Below, piece by piece: positions 50,388-61,174 of a DNA stretch of 64,000 nt; positions within the stretch are counted from its first letter, which is position 1; the number at the start of each line of letters is the position of its first letter. The notes below the pieces were generated by a model. The model searched no databases and was not told the origin of the DNA. It saw nothing but the letters and a program-made list of their open reading frames with translations. The position numbers were made by a program, and so were the translations under genes. This DNA comes from Podarcis vaucheri. Its lineage: Eukaryota. The stretch lies in assembly GCA_965113315.1 (NCBI GenBank), contig OZ220363.1; one strand, written 5' to 3'.

Positions 50388-52788
50388 CAAGAACTAACTT
50401 AGTTGGTCTTTAAGGTGCTACTGGAAGGAATTTTTTTATTTTGACTATGGCAGACCAACACGGCTACCTATCTGTAACTGTAACAGGCAAAAACAAGATA
50501 GGTTGTTTACTTCAGGTCCAAGAAAAGTGGACTGAAGCTCCAGAAAAGAAAAGGAGCACAGCCCACTGGCCCAGTTGATGCTTATCTATCTGTAGAAAAC
50601 CAAACTTATAATGGGGGAAAAACAAGTTGCTTTGCTGTGCTGATGCCCCAAGCTTAGTGTGAAGAGTGGGGAGGACTTGCACCTAACTGGGAGTGATGAG
50701 GGAGTGAGATAACTCTGCCACTGGTCCTGAGAGAGGAACAGTCAGGGGTGCGAGAAGAAGAGATCAGGGGAACTTTCGTGCTTCCCTTGGCAACTGTCCA
50801 TATCTCACATTTTAAAACCCATTGATCTAATGCAATGAACCTTACAAAACAGCTCTGTTCTAAAACAGTACAACTTATTTATATCACAGGCAGGAAATGC
50901 AGTATTAGATCTCTGCAGAGCACTGTGAGGATAGGGAACAGAGCCCACAACACCATGATTTTGCAACACAAAACTACTTATTTGTGGCAGTTCCAGTTGC
51001 TAAACCCTGCTGCCTAGCCTGCATCAAAATCAAATCACGTGAACTAGCTCTCTCTCTGAAATTAAAGTGCTTAAAATGAGGAGCTACACTCCCTACTCAG
51101 TGCTGAGAAGCCTAGAACAAGCAAACAGTTCACAATCAATTTGCAGTTCTGAAACAAATGGCTCACATGTCTGGCCAACGTGCACCACTTAGAAAGTAGC
51201 TCTCCTATCAGTCTCTGAAACCTACCTTTGAAGGGTCTCTGAAGAAAAAGCATAGAAAAGCGGAACAATCCCATAAACAAAGACTCATTTCCTCTCAGCT
51301 AGAAAGTGAAACATGTTTTTAAGCAGAAGGTAGTAAGCCTTAGTGCTCAAGGTCTGTTTCTAGCCCCTTTTACATACCCAACTCCTCCTGCCCTGCCCAG
51401 AATGGGTTAGTTAGTGTCTGTAGATGAGAAGCATGCGTCTACATCCTCATGACCAAGTTAAGAGTCTTGTATGCTTCCACTTACTTTGGCACAACAGTCA
51501 ACAACCCTCGTTGACTTGCTATCTAAGGCATGTTTTAAATTCTGAACTGAGCAGTGTGAAGTGTTGAGATAACCGAAGGCCACTTCAAAATGGCTCAATG
51601 AAGCAGCAGTTTCAGGACTTGATCTGAACTAGAACTCAGTTACAGCATTCACTCCTGAAACATATCACACACAATAGCAGTACATGCCTGCAGCTCACGG
51701 AATGAAACCTCTCAAACTTTGCAACTCCAAAGGCTGCAGCACATATTACGTGTGGCAGATGAACATTTATCACCCTGTGTACAGGCAGTGGAAAAGAACA
51801 GACAGTTTCACCTTTCTAGTGCACACACCACATTTTTGTGTGTGTACACAGAACATTTAGGCTGCTGTTTTATGCATGTTTACTTGGGAGCAACTCAGTG
51901 GAACTTAGTTCTAAGTAGTTCACTGCTAATGTGTGAAGCAGCCCTTTCAATTGTATCGTATATTTTTCAAAAGCTAAAATCTGAAGTTGTACTAAGGAAA
52001 CACATTTCACATTCAGAAGAGATTATTCAAATTTAGTTCCTGCAGAGAGACTGAAAAGAATGTCAGCTAGTGATAAAGCTAAACTGCCATTCATAATAAC
52101 AAGAACGAATTCTAAGGATGATACTCCAGGTCAGCTCTTAGCCTCTCGGTTCCTAAAAGTTCTTCTTCAAGAAACAGGATGCTGTCACCTTCTCTTGGAG
52201 ACTAGGACTTTGCATGTTGTTAAACAATGTTCTCCAGGCATATGGTATGGTTAAAGAGAAACACACCCATCCCCCATGAAACTATTCTGTTGAAATCCCA
52301 AGCATTTAAGACATGGAAGAGAAGGAATGGAATTTTCCACATCTTATAAATAGGCCCAACCAATTTGATTGCATCCCACAGTTGGAACTATGGCACAGGG
52401 CACCAGCACAAAGGCAACTCCCAGAAGAGGTGAGTCCAGGCAAGGTCAGGCACATGAGCTGGAGTTGTTGACCAACAGGAGCCAAGGCAAAGTACATAGA
52501 GAAAGAGAGATCTTTGGGAGCTGTTGTACCAGCAAAGGTCAGTCAGAGATTGAGATGCTAGTACAGATAAATAAACTCCTTCCTGATCAGCAGCTGACTG
52601 CATTATACACCTGATGCCTCCTCCTGAGTAGGCTCGTCCTTCTGAAGCTACCTTGTAATCACTCCTTTGTCAATTCATTACCTACCACAGGGCTTGCCTT
52701 CATCTTAGTTCATGGGAGTTCGGCATGAAGGGGAAAGAGCCTGGGTCCATTTTATGTGTGGTGCAGCAGCTCATCAGGGGCTCCAAGA

Positions 52789-53040
52789 GAGTCAGTGTGG
52801 TGTAAGAGTATTGGACTATGACTTGGGACACCAGGGTTCAAATCCTCACTCAGCCATGAAGCTCGCTGTGTGACCTTGGGCCAGTCACCATCACTTACCA
52901 TAAACTACGTCACAGGGTTCTTGTGAGGCTGAAATGTGGAGGAGGAGAACTATGTACACCATCTTGAGCTTCTTGGAAGATAAAGGTGGTACATACATTT
53001 AATTAACTAACTAACTAATTAGCTAATTAATTAATTAATA
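52789..53040 (+). mobile_element. MIR/Ther1-derived SINE (Squam3-like)
   Basis: CAGTGTGGTGTA head, GGTTCAAATCC B-box, GTGACCTTGGGCCAGTCAC core, (TAAT)n tail. Confidence 0.7.
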
Positions 53041-54916
53041 AGGTGTCCTCATTACCTGGAGAGTTAGGTTGTTTAGGGTGCCCTTCAAGTGTGCTGGGGC
53101 TTTCTGCAGGGTCCTAAGCCACTTGCTCAAATAAATATGCACATTTTTGTTATTTTTATTTGGTTGAAAGTTGAAAAAGAAATAAAGAAGGTGTATTGTA
53201 CGAGACCACAAGCTGGTAAGACTCAGTTTTTTTCAGAGTGATGAGAACAAATTGGATAATGCTCAGGGTAACCCATGAAGACAATGTGCAGCATTTATAG
53301 TTACCATTACGTAGTATAATTTCTAAGAGAATTGTAGTTCAGCACCATAGTAACTTAAAGGTTGGCTTCAACCATAATTCCAAAAGCTTATGAGCTTCCA
53401 AAATCATGAAGTCAGATCACCCACTTACTTGCTCACTAGGTAGTTTGGATCTTCTATTTATTTCTTATATTTATATCCTGCCTTTCTTCCCAAGAAGAAC
53501 CCAAGGCAGCTACAACTTTCCTCCAGGAGCAACGGCCAATTTCCACAGCACTGAATGGCTGAGAGTGCCTCACTAATCACTACTTAGTCCAAGGCTGCAG
53601 CCTGAAACACATTTACTTTTAAAGTAAAAATGCATAGGATCTGGTTCTAAGTCCAATTGATGTTCACTATTCAGCCTCAGTCTCTTGCCTTTGGGAAGTG
53701 GGTCGTCCATGTACAGTACTTGTTGCTAAGTCCATACTGGAGGAAACAGCACCAAGGATTTCTTATCTCTAGAACAGGTGTCTGAAGCCACCAAGTAAGC
53801 AGATCAGTAACAATGCTGTTTCCCTAGTGCAGGCAAGTCCACAAGACAAACAAACAACACTGTGCAATCTTTTCAGCTAACTCATGGCTGTCTGATCAGA
53901 TGCCAGCGTGACAGATCTTGTCTATCAGTTCAGATTTTCAAGCCCCGAAGGTCATCCCAGCAACTCTGTCAGAGCATTACAAATCTCAGGGGGTCCTCAT
54001 CTGCAGCTGTGCATTACTCATTATTTACATGGCAGTGTACATTCACATTATGCTTCACAGATAGTTCCCCTTGTTTTGCTACTTAAAAGCAGGCTGCAGC
54101 CTTGTCAGAAAATATATATATTCACATTGTTGAACACACAAGTCAATTTAGTAAAGTTTATACCCCCACTAACCCAAAAAGGTTCTCATGAATTTAGTAC
54201 AATGCAGTAAGAAATAGTGTTTCTGTGGAGACTTGGAATGGTAGAAAGATGTAAATACTCAGAGACATGAAAGGAGGAGAGGTCACTGCTTTGGAAGGGC
54301 AAGTCTGAAGGAACACAGACATAAAAATAGAACAGGGGAGTTAAATGGAGAGAGAGAGAGAAAGAAAAGGAATGTTAGGTAATGTAAAAGCCCACACGGT
54401 AGCATGGGAAGGGGTTGGAAAAGCTCATATGAACAACTTGGACTCCATACATTAAAGCACTGGAGGAAGCCTCCCTGAAATGACAGCTGTCTTCTTCTTA
54501 TGAAGCTAAGATTCAGATCAAAGTTATTTGGGAAAGGTTAGCCTCTAATTTTAAAATACCAATATTGGTTCTAGCTGTGTCACTTTAAAGCAACTAAACG
54601 GAAACTTGATTTTCAGGAAGTACAATCTTAAGTAGGGCACCCATAAATCATTACAGAAGCACTGCAACCAATAAATCCACAAGATGGAAACATGAGAAAA
54701 AGGTGGGTGGGGGTATCCCAGTGATTAGCAGCTTACTTACTGATGTCACAATTCACCCCACTACCCAATTATGAGCCGTTTTCAGAGATATAGGACAAAA
54801 TGAATCAGTAATCTGAAGAGCTGGCCAGAAGAAAGGCAGCAGAGGAAAAGCAAACATGCCTGGCTCCGCACAGAATCACCAGGTAAGGGTCTTAAAGCAG
54901 AACGAACAAGGAATAA

Positions 54917-54984
54917 GGAACCTTAAAGACTTACACAAATTGTGGCATAAGCTTTCGTTTGCCAGAGCCCACTTGGTCAGATTG
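54917..54984 (-). mobile_element. Degraded Penelope pseudo-LTR fragment with decayed hammerhead motif
   Basis: Reverse reads TCTGACCAAGTGGGCTCTGGCAAACGAAAGCTTATGCCACAATTTGTGTAAGTCTTTAAGGTTCC, same architecture as 50350-50420. Confidence 0.55.
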
Positions 54985-55904
54985 TTAAAGCAATCATCTT
55001 AAGAAACATCATGGAAAAAATAAACAGGTCATGGTAATAGGTTCAAGCTCATTTTGAAGCTCCCAGCTGAGAATGAGAAACTGGTGCAAAGGTTAAAGTA
55101 CACTGGGCAGGATACTATCTACATCAGATAAACTAATATGCTACAGGCTCTGTGCCCTAACAAGATCGGTCTCAGCAGCTCAAGCAACTAAAAATTCTTT
55201 ATTATTTGGAACATGAGGTGCCGACAAACTGAACTTGGGAAACCAGTTAGAATCAAATGTCTTTCGCAAGTGGAAGCCAAGAGGAGTTTGTCAAAATAAA
55301 AATCAGAACAGAGCATTGTACGTGAGGGAAGAGATACAAAATAAAATAGGAAAGGAGGAAAGGAAAGGCTGGGATTTTTGAAAGCATCAGAGAAAACTAG
55401 CCATCAACATATTACGCAAACAAACCACCTTACTCATCAGAACAGCAGACACTTTCAATTTAATGGAAGCTCTGGCAAAGTCTCAACAGTCTAATCTCCA
55501 TTAGGTCAATTATTACTACCTATAGAATTCTAATGCACCGTCCAATACCCTAATATGAAAAAATGCAGGGTTAAAAACTGGGAAAGATTCAACAACTGTG
55601 TTAAGGAAACCAATATCCCGATTTTCATTTTCATGACTTGCAACCTTAAAAAGGACACAGTGCCACCCGCTTATGAAGGGCTAAACCACACATGTGATTT
55701 TGCCCAGAGCACATTGTAAGTATTATACAAATACACTCTTTGGCCCCATAGTCATTTCCAGTAGCCCAATCACTCTAAAGTGAGCTAATGTACCCAGTCT
55801 GCCTTTCCCTGTTTTTCTTTGAGTCAGGTTTGCAAGAATCCAATTGTATCAACTTAAACAGTAAGTTGATACACAATTGGGCAAATAATCACATTTTTTA
55901 GATT

Positions 55905-56470
55905 TACACTAACTGAAGACATCTGAACTGGGAAAGAGATATTTGGGTTCAAATGGATAACGCAATGATAGCACCAGCTGTGGGGCAGTAAAAGAGGCAA
56001 AGTATCTAGGCATCATTAGGGAAAAGTCTGAAAATATAACACTTAGTATCATAATGCCCCAATATAAATCTATGGTGCAGTCAGATTGGGAAAACCATGT
56101 ACCACTGGAGTCACCCCATTTCCCAAAATGGACAGTGTAGAGCTGAAAAATGGCTTTGCTAAGAAGAAACACTAAAGCACTGGGGGCTTTTTAGTTTAGG
56201 GAAGAAAGACAAGCAAGGGCAAGAAGGAACACTCAAGAAATGTATCAAATAATTAATGATATAGAGAATATGGGGAGAGATAAATCTTTCTCCATCTTTC
56301 ATAATACTGGAACACATGGGAAGTAAATGAGATTGATGGGCAGTAGGTTCCGGACAGAGAGAAACAAGTACTTATTCATGTAATGTATATAAACCTTTGG
56401 AATTTGCCCTCAAGATGTGGTCACGGCCTCTGGCTTAGATGGATTCATGGAGGACCAGCCCATTACCAAG
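55905..56470 (+). mobile_element. Degenerate CR1 LINE 3' region
   Basis: CR1 ORF2 C-terminal and 3' signatures (TATAAATCTATGGTGC, TTTAGTTTAGGGAAGA, GGCAGTAGGTTCCGGACAGA, GATGTGGTCACGGCC...TTCATGGAGGA). Boundaries are approximate. Confidence 0.6.
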
Positions 56471-57367
56471 CTACTTACTGCCTGTAGCGCAAGTGAACTT
56501 CCAGGTGTAGAAACAATATACCAAGTTGCAAGAGGGCATACATACCACAGGGGTGGGGAACAGGTATTGCCTTCATGCCCTCCTTGCCGTGTGACCCAGC
56601 AGGACTCTTAACGACCTTAACATTGCCTTTCTCTTTTTACTGCCCCAACAGACAAATGTTGTGCTATGTAGTTATGTTGGTGCCTAGAATTTCCAAACAT
56701 TTTTTAACTGCCCCTGCCTATGTGCTTCTAACTTCATTTAGCTCACTGAAGTTTCTGATAGCTCTGCAGAAGGGGGATTCTGATGAAAGGTACTGTCCAA
56801 AAATAGCGGCACTATGGAGTCACACCGCAGATCTAAGATGATTCCACAGGATGACAAATTAGTCCCAAGTTCAAAATGAAACAAAAGTTGAAAATCATGT
56901 TACATGCACACAGTATTCGCCTGATCAAGTTAAAAATGACATCCTTTGATATTTGGTAGATACTGAATGCTTAGAACTTAACCATTTCTTTGTGCAATCT
57001 CCTGGCACTCCCATTTTACTCGCCAAAGAAAATGCCTACAATTTAGGGATTTTTTAACCAAGAGTTTGAAATGGCTTAAGTTGGTGTGTATAGCATCTAG
57101 CTTTCACACCCACGTAACCTGTGAAGTACAGGCTTAGGGAAGATAATCTAACCTGATATGTGATGAAATGCCAGAACAGAGAGAGTATTATAGCATTTGT
57201 GGCTATATAACAACACTGTTAAGACTCAGCATCAGGAATGAAGAACCCTTTCTTAATCTGGGAGTCATATTGATAATTTAAAAAGCAGCCAGCAATCTTA
57301 CACATGTCCTGTCATCCTTTCCTTTCCCATTCCTCATGGACACACAGAACTATAGTACATTATCCCT

Positions 57368-57501
57368 GGGATAGCTCAGTCGGTACAGCATGAGACATCT
57401 TAGGGTCATTGATTTGAGCCCCAAGCTGGGCAGAAGACTGCAAGGGGTTGGACTAGATGACCCTTGTGGTCCCTTCCAACTCAAAAATTCTATGATTCTA
57501 T
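57368..57501 (+). mobile_element. Short SINE with tRNA-like head and CR1-derived tail
   Basis: A-box GGATAGCTCAGTCGGTA joined to the CR1 end GGGGTTGGACTAGATGACCC...TTCCAACTC...ATTCTATGATTCTAT. Confidence 0.7.
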
Positions 57502-59220
57502 TGTTCTTAGAGGGCTATCTTCTCCCATCTAATCTAATAAATAATCCGAACCTGCCTAAAAATACAAAGGCACAAGAAGACTGCGTGCACAGTTAAATTA
57601 AACAGGTTGAACTGCAATCTATCATGAGAAAACTGGAATGTTCTAAACATTAATAAATTCCAGAATATTTGTCCAAGTTGCCTGAAATTTGGCATGGAGT
57701 ATCTATCTACACACTGAGTACCATATGACCAGATTTCAGACGGATTCATTACAAAGATGGTTGAAATATACAAGTTTCCCTTCTTAATAATTGTTGTGCT
57801 CTCGCATAATATCTGTTTTTTCCTTGTCTCTTCAAAGGAATTCTAAATTTAAGACAATTGCAGGGGTCCTTCCTTCTTTTGTCAAAATGCATTGTGCCTT
57901 TATGAATATATTACTTTTTAAATTACTACTTTAAATCCATCAGTTAAGGGTCAATCATCTTGAAAGACACAGTAAGTCCCTGATTCAAGTCTTCAGGGTG
58001 GAGACTTTCCCCTAAGCAAAGATGGCTGCCACCAGAATAAGGGGGGAGCTGTTAACTGGCATGAAGATTACATAGCTCTAATGGCTAGACTAAAGCAGGA
58101 CCACTTTCCATTTTCAATTGCTTTTTCTTTCATTGTCTCGCAAGGCAAAGTAAGACCTGTGTGGGAAAGAGTGGGAATTAACGCCTCTCTTTACTACTAG
58201 TTTTCAGCTTTGGGGGGGACGGGGTAGCGGGGGGGGGGCATCCAGTTGCCAAATCATACCTGCACTAAAATCCTGAATTTCTCCATTGATTTTTATGAGG
58301 TTTTCTCACTTCCATCCTAGAGGACTTAAAAAATGGCCACTGTAATGTAAACCTAGAAACTTTCTATATAACCTATGAGATTGTTTTTCATATCTCTGCA
58401 GCGTATTGAGGGAGTGGTACATATATGTGTATTTGTTGTAACTATGTACAGTGGGGTTAAATGAACTTTGTTTATCATTTCAAAAGAAAATGGGGAAGAA
58501 ATAAAAAACAGATTTTCATTTTGTTTTCTCCTCATGTGCTCCCATGCCTGCAGAAGCTTTAGTACATTATAAAAGTCTCTATCCTTTTATTTCTGGCTGT
58601 CAATGTGTCTAAACTAAGACAGACAGGCATGGGCATGCAAGCCAGCAACTTTTGTAAACTTGTTTGCAATGCTGCCAAACAGCACGTCTTATCACATACA
58701 AATCCAATGTAGATGTAATTCATTAAGGGCTCTACAATGGATATGCCATAGAAGCACAGACAGCAATTATGGCTTATCTCCTACCTATAAGGTTCGCTTG
58801 CACCTTTCAGTAGCAAGCATTTCAGTCTAGCCAAATCTGAAAAGAAAAAGACATCCAGATCTGAGAGATCTCTCTTTGCCTGTTACTTTTTAATTTGATC
58901 CATTTTTTAAATATAATACAGCCCTCGAGTGCATTAATACTTGCATCATCCTCAATTCCCAACCATGCTGGCTGCGGCCAATGGGAATGGATTCCAACAA
59001 GAACTGGAGAGTAACATATTCCCAATCCATGCCTTGCACTGAAATGGCAGTTGGAAATGGCAGTCCCTTGCCTAGCTGAATATCCCATAAATTGAACCTG
59101 GGATCCTCCACGTGGAAAGCATAGTCTAAGGGTGGGGAAGCCTCAGGTAGCCCTCCATGCCTCTTTGTCCAGCCTTGACACACTCCCTGTGGCCCATGTC
59201 CCCATACGGCCATGCTCCAT

Positions 59221-59472
59221 GGAGCCAGTGTGGTGTAGTGGTTAAGAGCGGTAGACTCGTAATCTGGTGAACCGGGTTCGTGTCCCCGCTCCTCCACATG
59301 CAGCTGCTGGGTGACCTTGGGCCAGTCACACTTCTCTGAAGTCTCTCAGCCTCACTCACCTCACAGAGTGTTTGTTGTGGGGGAGGAAGGGAAAGGAGAT
59401 TGTTAGTCGCTTTGAGACTACTCAGGGTAGTGATAAAGTGGGATATCAAATCCAAACTCTTCTTCTTCTTCT
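59221..59472 (+). mobile_element. Squam3-like SINE, young copy with (TTC)n tail
   Basis: tRNA head TGGTGTAGTGGTTAAGAGCG...GGTTCG, core GGGTGACCTTGGGCCAGTCAC, (TTC)n tail; CpGs retained. Confidence 0.8.
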
Positions 59473-60904
59473 CCACACCTTCCTTAAGCGCACTTGTCTC
59501 TCTAGAATGTGCCCTTTAACCCTGACAATGTCTCCTGCTTGTAATGCATGCAGAGTTGTGTGGCTGTAGGTATGCAAAAAGTTCTGATTTTTGCATGACC
59601 GTAATGCAACCTACTGTACAAAGGTAAGATTTACAACCACTGCTCCACCACGTTTTGCTTCTGGCCCTGTGCACCACTGACCTTCAGGTTGAAAACAGTT
59701 TCTCAATCCCTAGCATATGCCCTACAGCTGAACTATAGTCTCTGAGCAAAGCTTCTGGTGCCTGGTGCCTTCAGTATGTGTGTTACATTTCTCGAAAAAG
59801 GACTGGATGAGCATATTAAGAGGTAGCATTTTAATGTGTTATGCTTTGCTTTTCAGTCACAAGCTACATCATTTCCTTAAGAACCTCTGCAGTTGAAAGA
59901 TCTCTTTGTCAAGGTCAGTACAGCTAGTTTTCAACATATGATCAAGCAAGTCCAAATAAGACGATTTAGACTATTTTTTAAGAAATAATGGAAATTACCA
60001 TTAAAGCAGCCCTATTCAAGTATCATGCATATCTGGAAACAGAACACATTAGCGGGGAGACAAGCATATTAGCTTCATCCTTATGTGAAGCGGGGAAACT
60101 CCTATATGCTTCTAAACCCCAGTTGCAGGGAAACACAAGCAGAAAGAGTGCTGCTGCACCCATGTCCTGTTTGCAGGCTTGCCACAGACACCTGGCTGAC
60201 AACTGTGAGAACAGGATACTGGGCTAGATGAGTCTTTGGCCTGATCAAGCAAGGATTTTCTTGTGTTCTGTGCTCACTGACGATCACATGCAATGTAGAA
60301 CCTTGGGAAATGTGGGGAGCCTATGAGAGGAGAAGCACGTGGGTGGCAGTGGGTGGAACTAGCAACACATCCCTAAAATCCCTGCTTATGTGTTATAGAT
60401 CTAGGTTTTAATAACACCTGAGCAGGGTGTACCTAGCTCCACACCCAAATTCTCATAGTCCATTCTTTTAAAGTAAATGCATAGCCCTTCTCCTTGCAAA
60501 TAAAAAGCTTACAAATGTAAAGGCTGTGGGCTGTGCACGACCAATGGCTTTTTAAAGAGCTGGATATGGTATTGTAGAGCTATCATTCCCACACTCTGCC
60601 CCTCTCTTTCACCCATCATGATTTTACAGCTTTCTGTAACATTTCAAGGAGATACATGGCAAAAGCTGTAACTAGTCCTCCGCAGTGTAGCTACCACAAT
60701 TGCAACAGATATCTGCATTTTTTTAGCGTGATAGTAGATGCCCATGAAAAATATCCCCTTTTCCCATCCCACCATACCTGGAGAAACTTTGGAAGCATTG
60801 TAATTTATTGTCTAAAAACTAATTTCTTGTTTAAGTAACAAATGATATGTGCATATCCACAATGGCACACATTTGGTTCAGGTATGGGGAATCTGACTTA
60901 AATA

Positions 60905-61174
60905 CCGTACTGGCCAGCATATAAGCCACTCCTGAATATAAGCCGCACCTTTAAAATACAGGGGGGGGGGGAGGAAAAAAAAGACAATACCCGAATATAA
61001 GCCGCTCCCTTAAAATTCCGCAGGCACTCACACCCATTCCGTTTTACCGTATGTCTGTTTCAACAGTGATATCGTAAAAGCCCATTTTTGTAAGGTCGCA
61101 AACTTAAGACGCACTTTAACATTTCACAGTCGGAATTTGGGGGGAAAGGGAGGCTTATATTCAGGCCAATACGG
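60905..61174. mobile_element. Tc1/mariner-pogo-type MITE
   Basis: TIRs CCGTACTGGCCAGCATATAAGCC / GGCTTATATTCAGGCCAATACGG with TA flanks; internal GAATATAAGCCGC repeats. Confidence 0.8.

Larger units (their letters stand above)
50247..50475. mobile_element. Penelope-like retroelement remnant: inverted pseudo-LTR pair plus 3' tail
   Basis: Perfect 94-bp inverted arms 50247-50340 and 50350-50443, followed by GCAGACCAACACGGCTACC; reptile-Penelope-like TTAGTTGGTCTTTAAGGTGCTAC; 17-bp direct repeat AACTGTAACAGGCAAAA at 50235-50251 and 50476-50492. Confidence 0.8.

Noticed and set aside
50247-50443. Pre-miRNA interpretation of the hairpin
   Set aside because: A perfect 94-bp stem with TSD-like flanks and Penelope signatures is better explained as an inverted retroelement insertion.
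59221-59295. tRNA-like sequence (also 57368 and the Sauria SINE heads)
   Set aside because: Continues into SINE body and tail; no complete cloverleaf.
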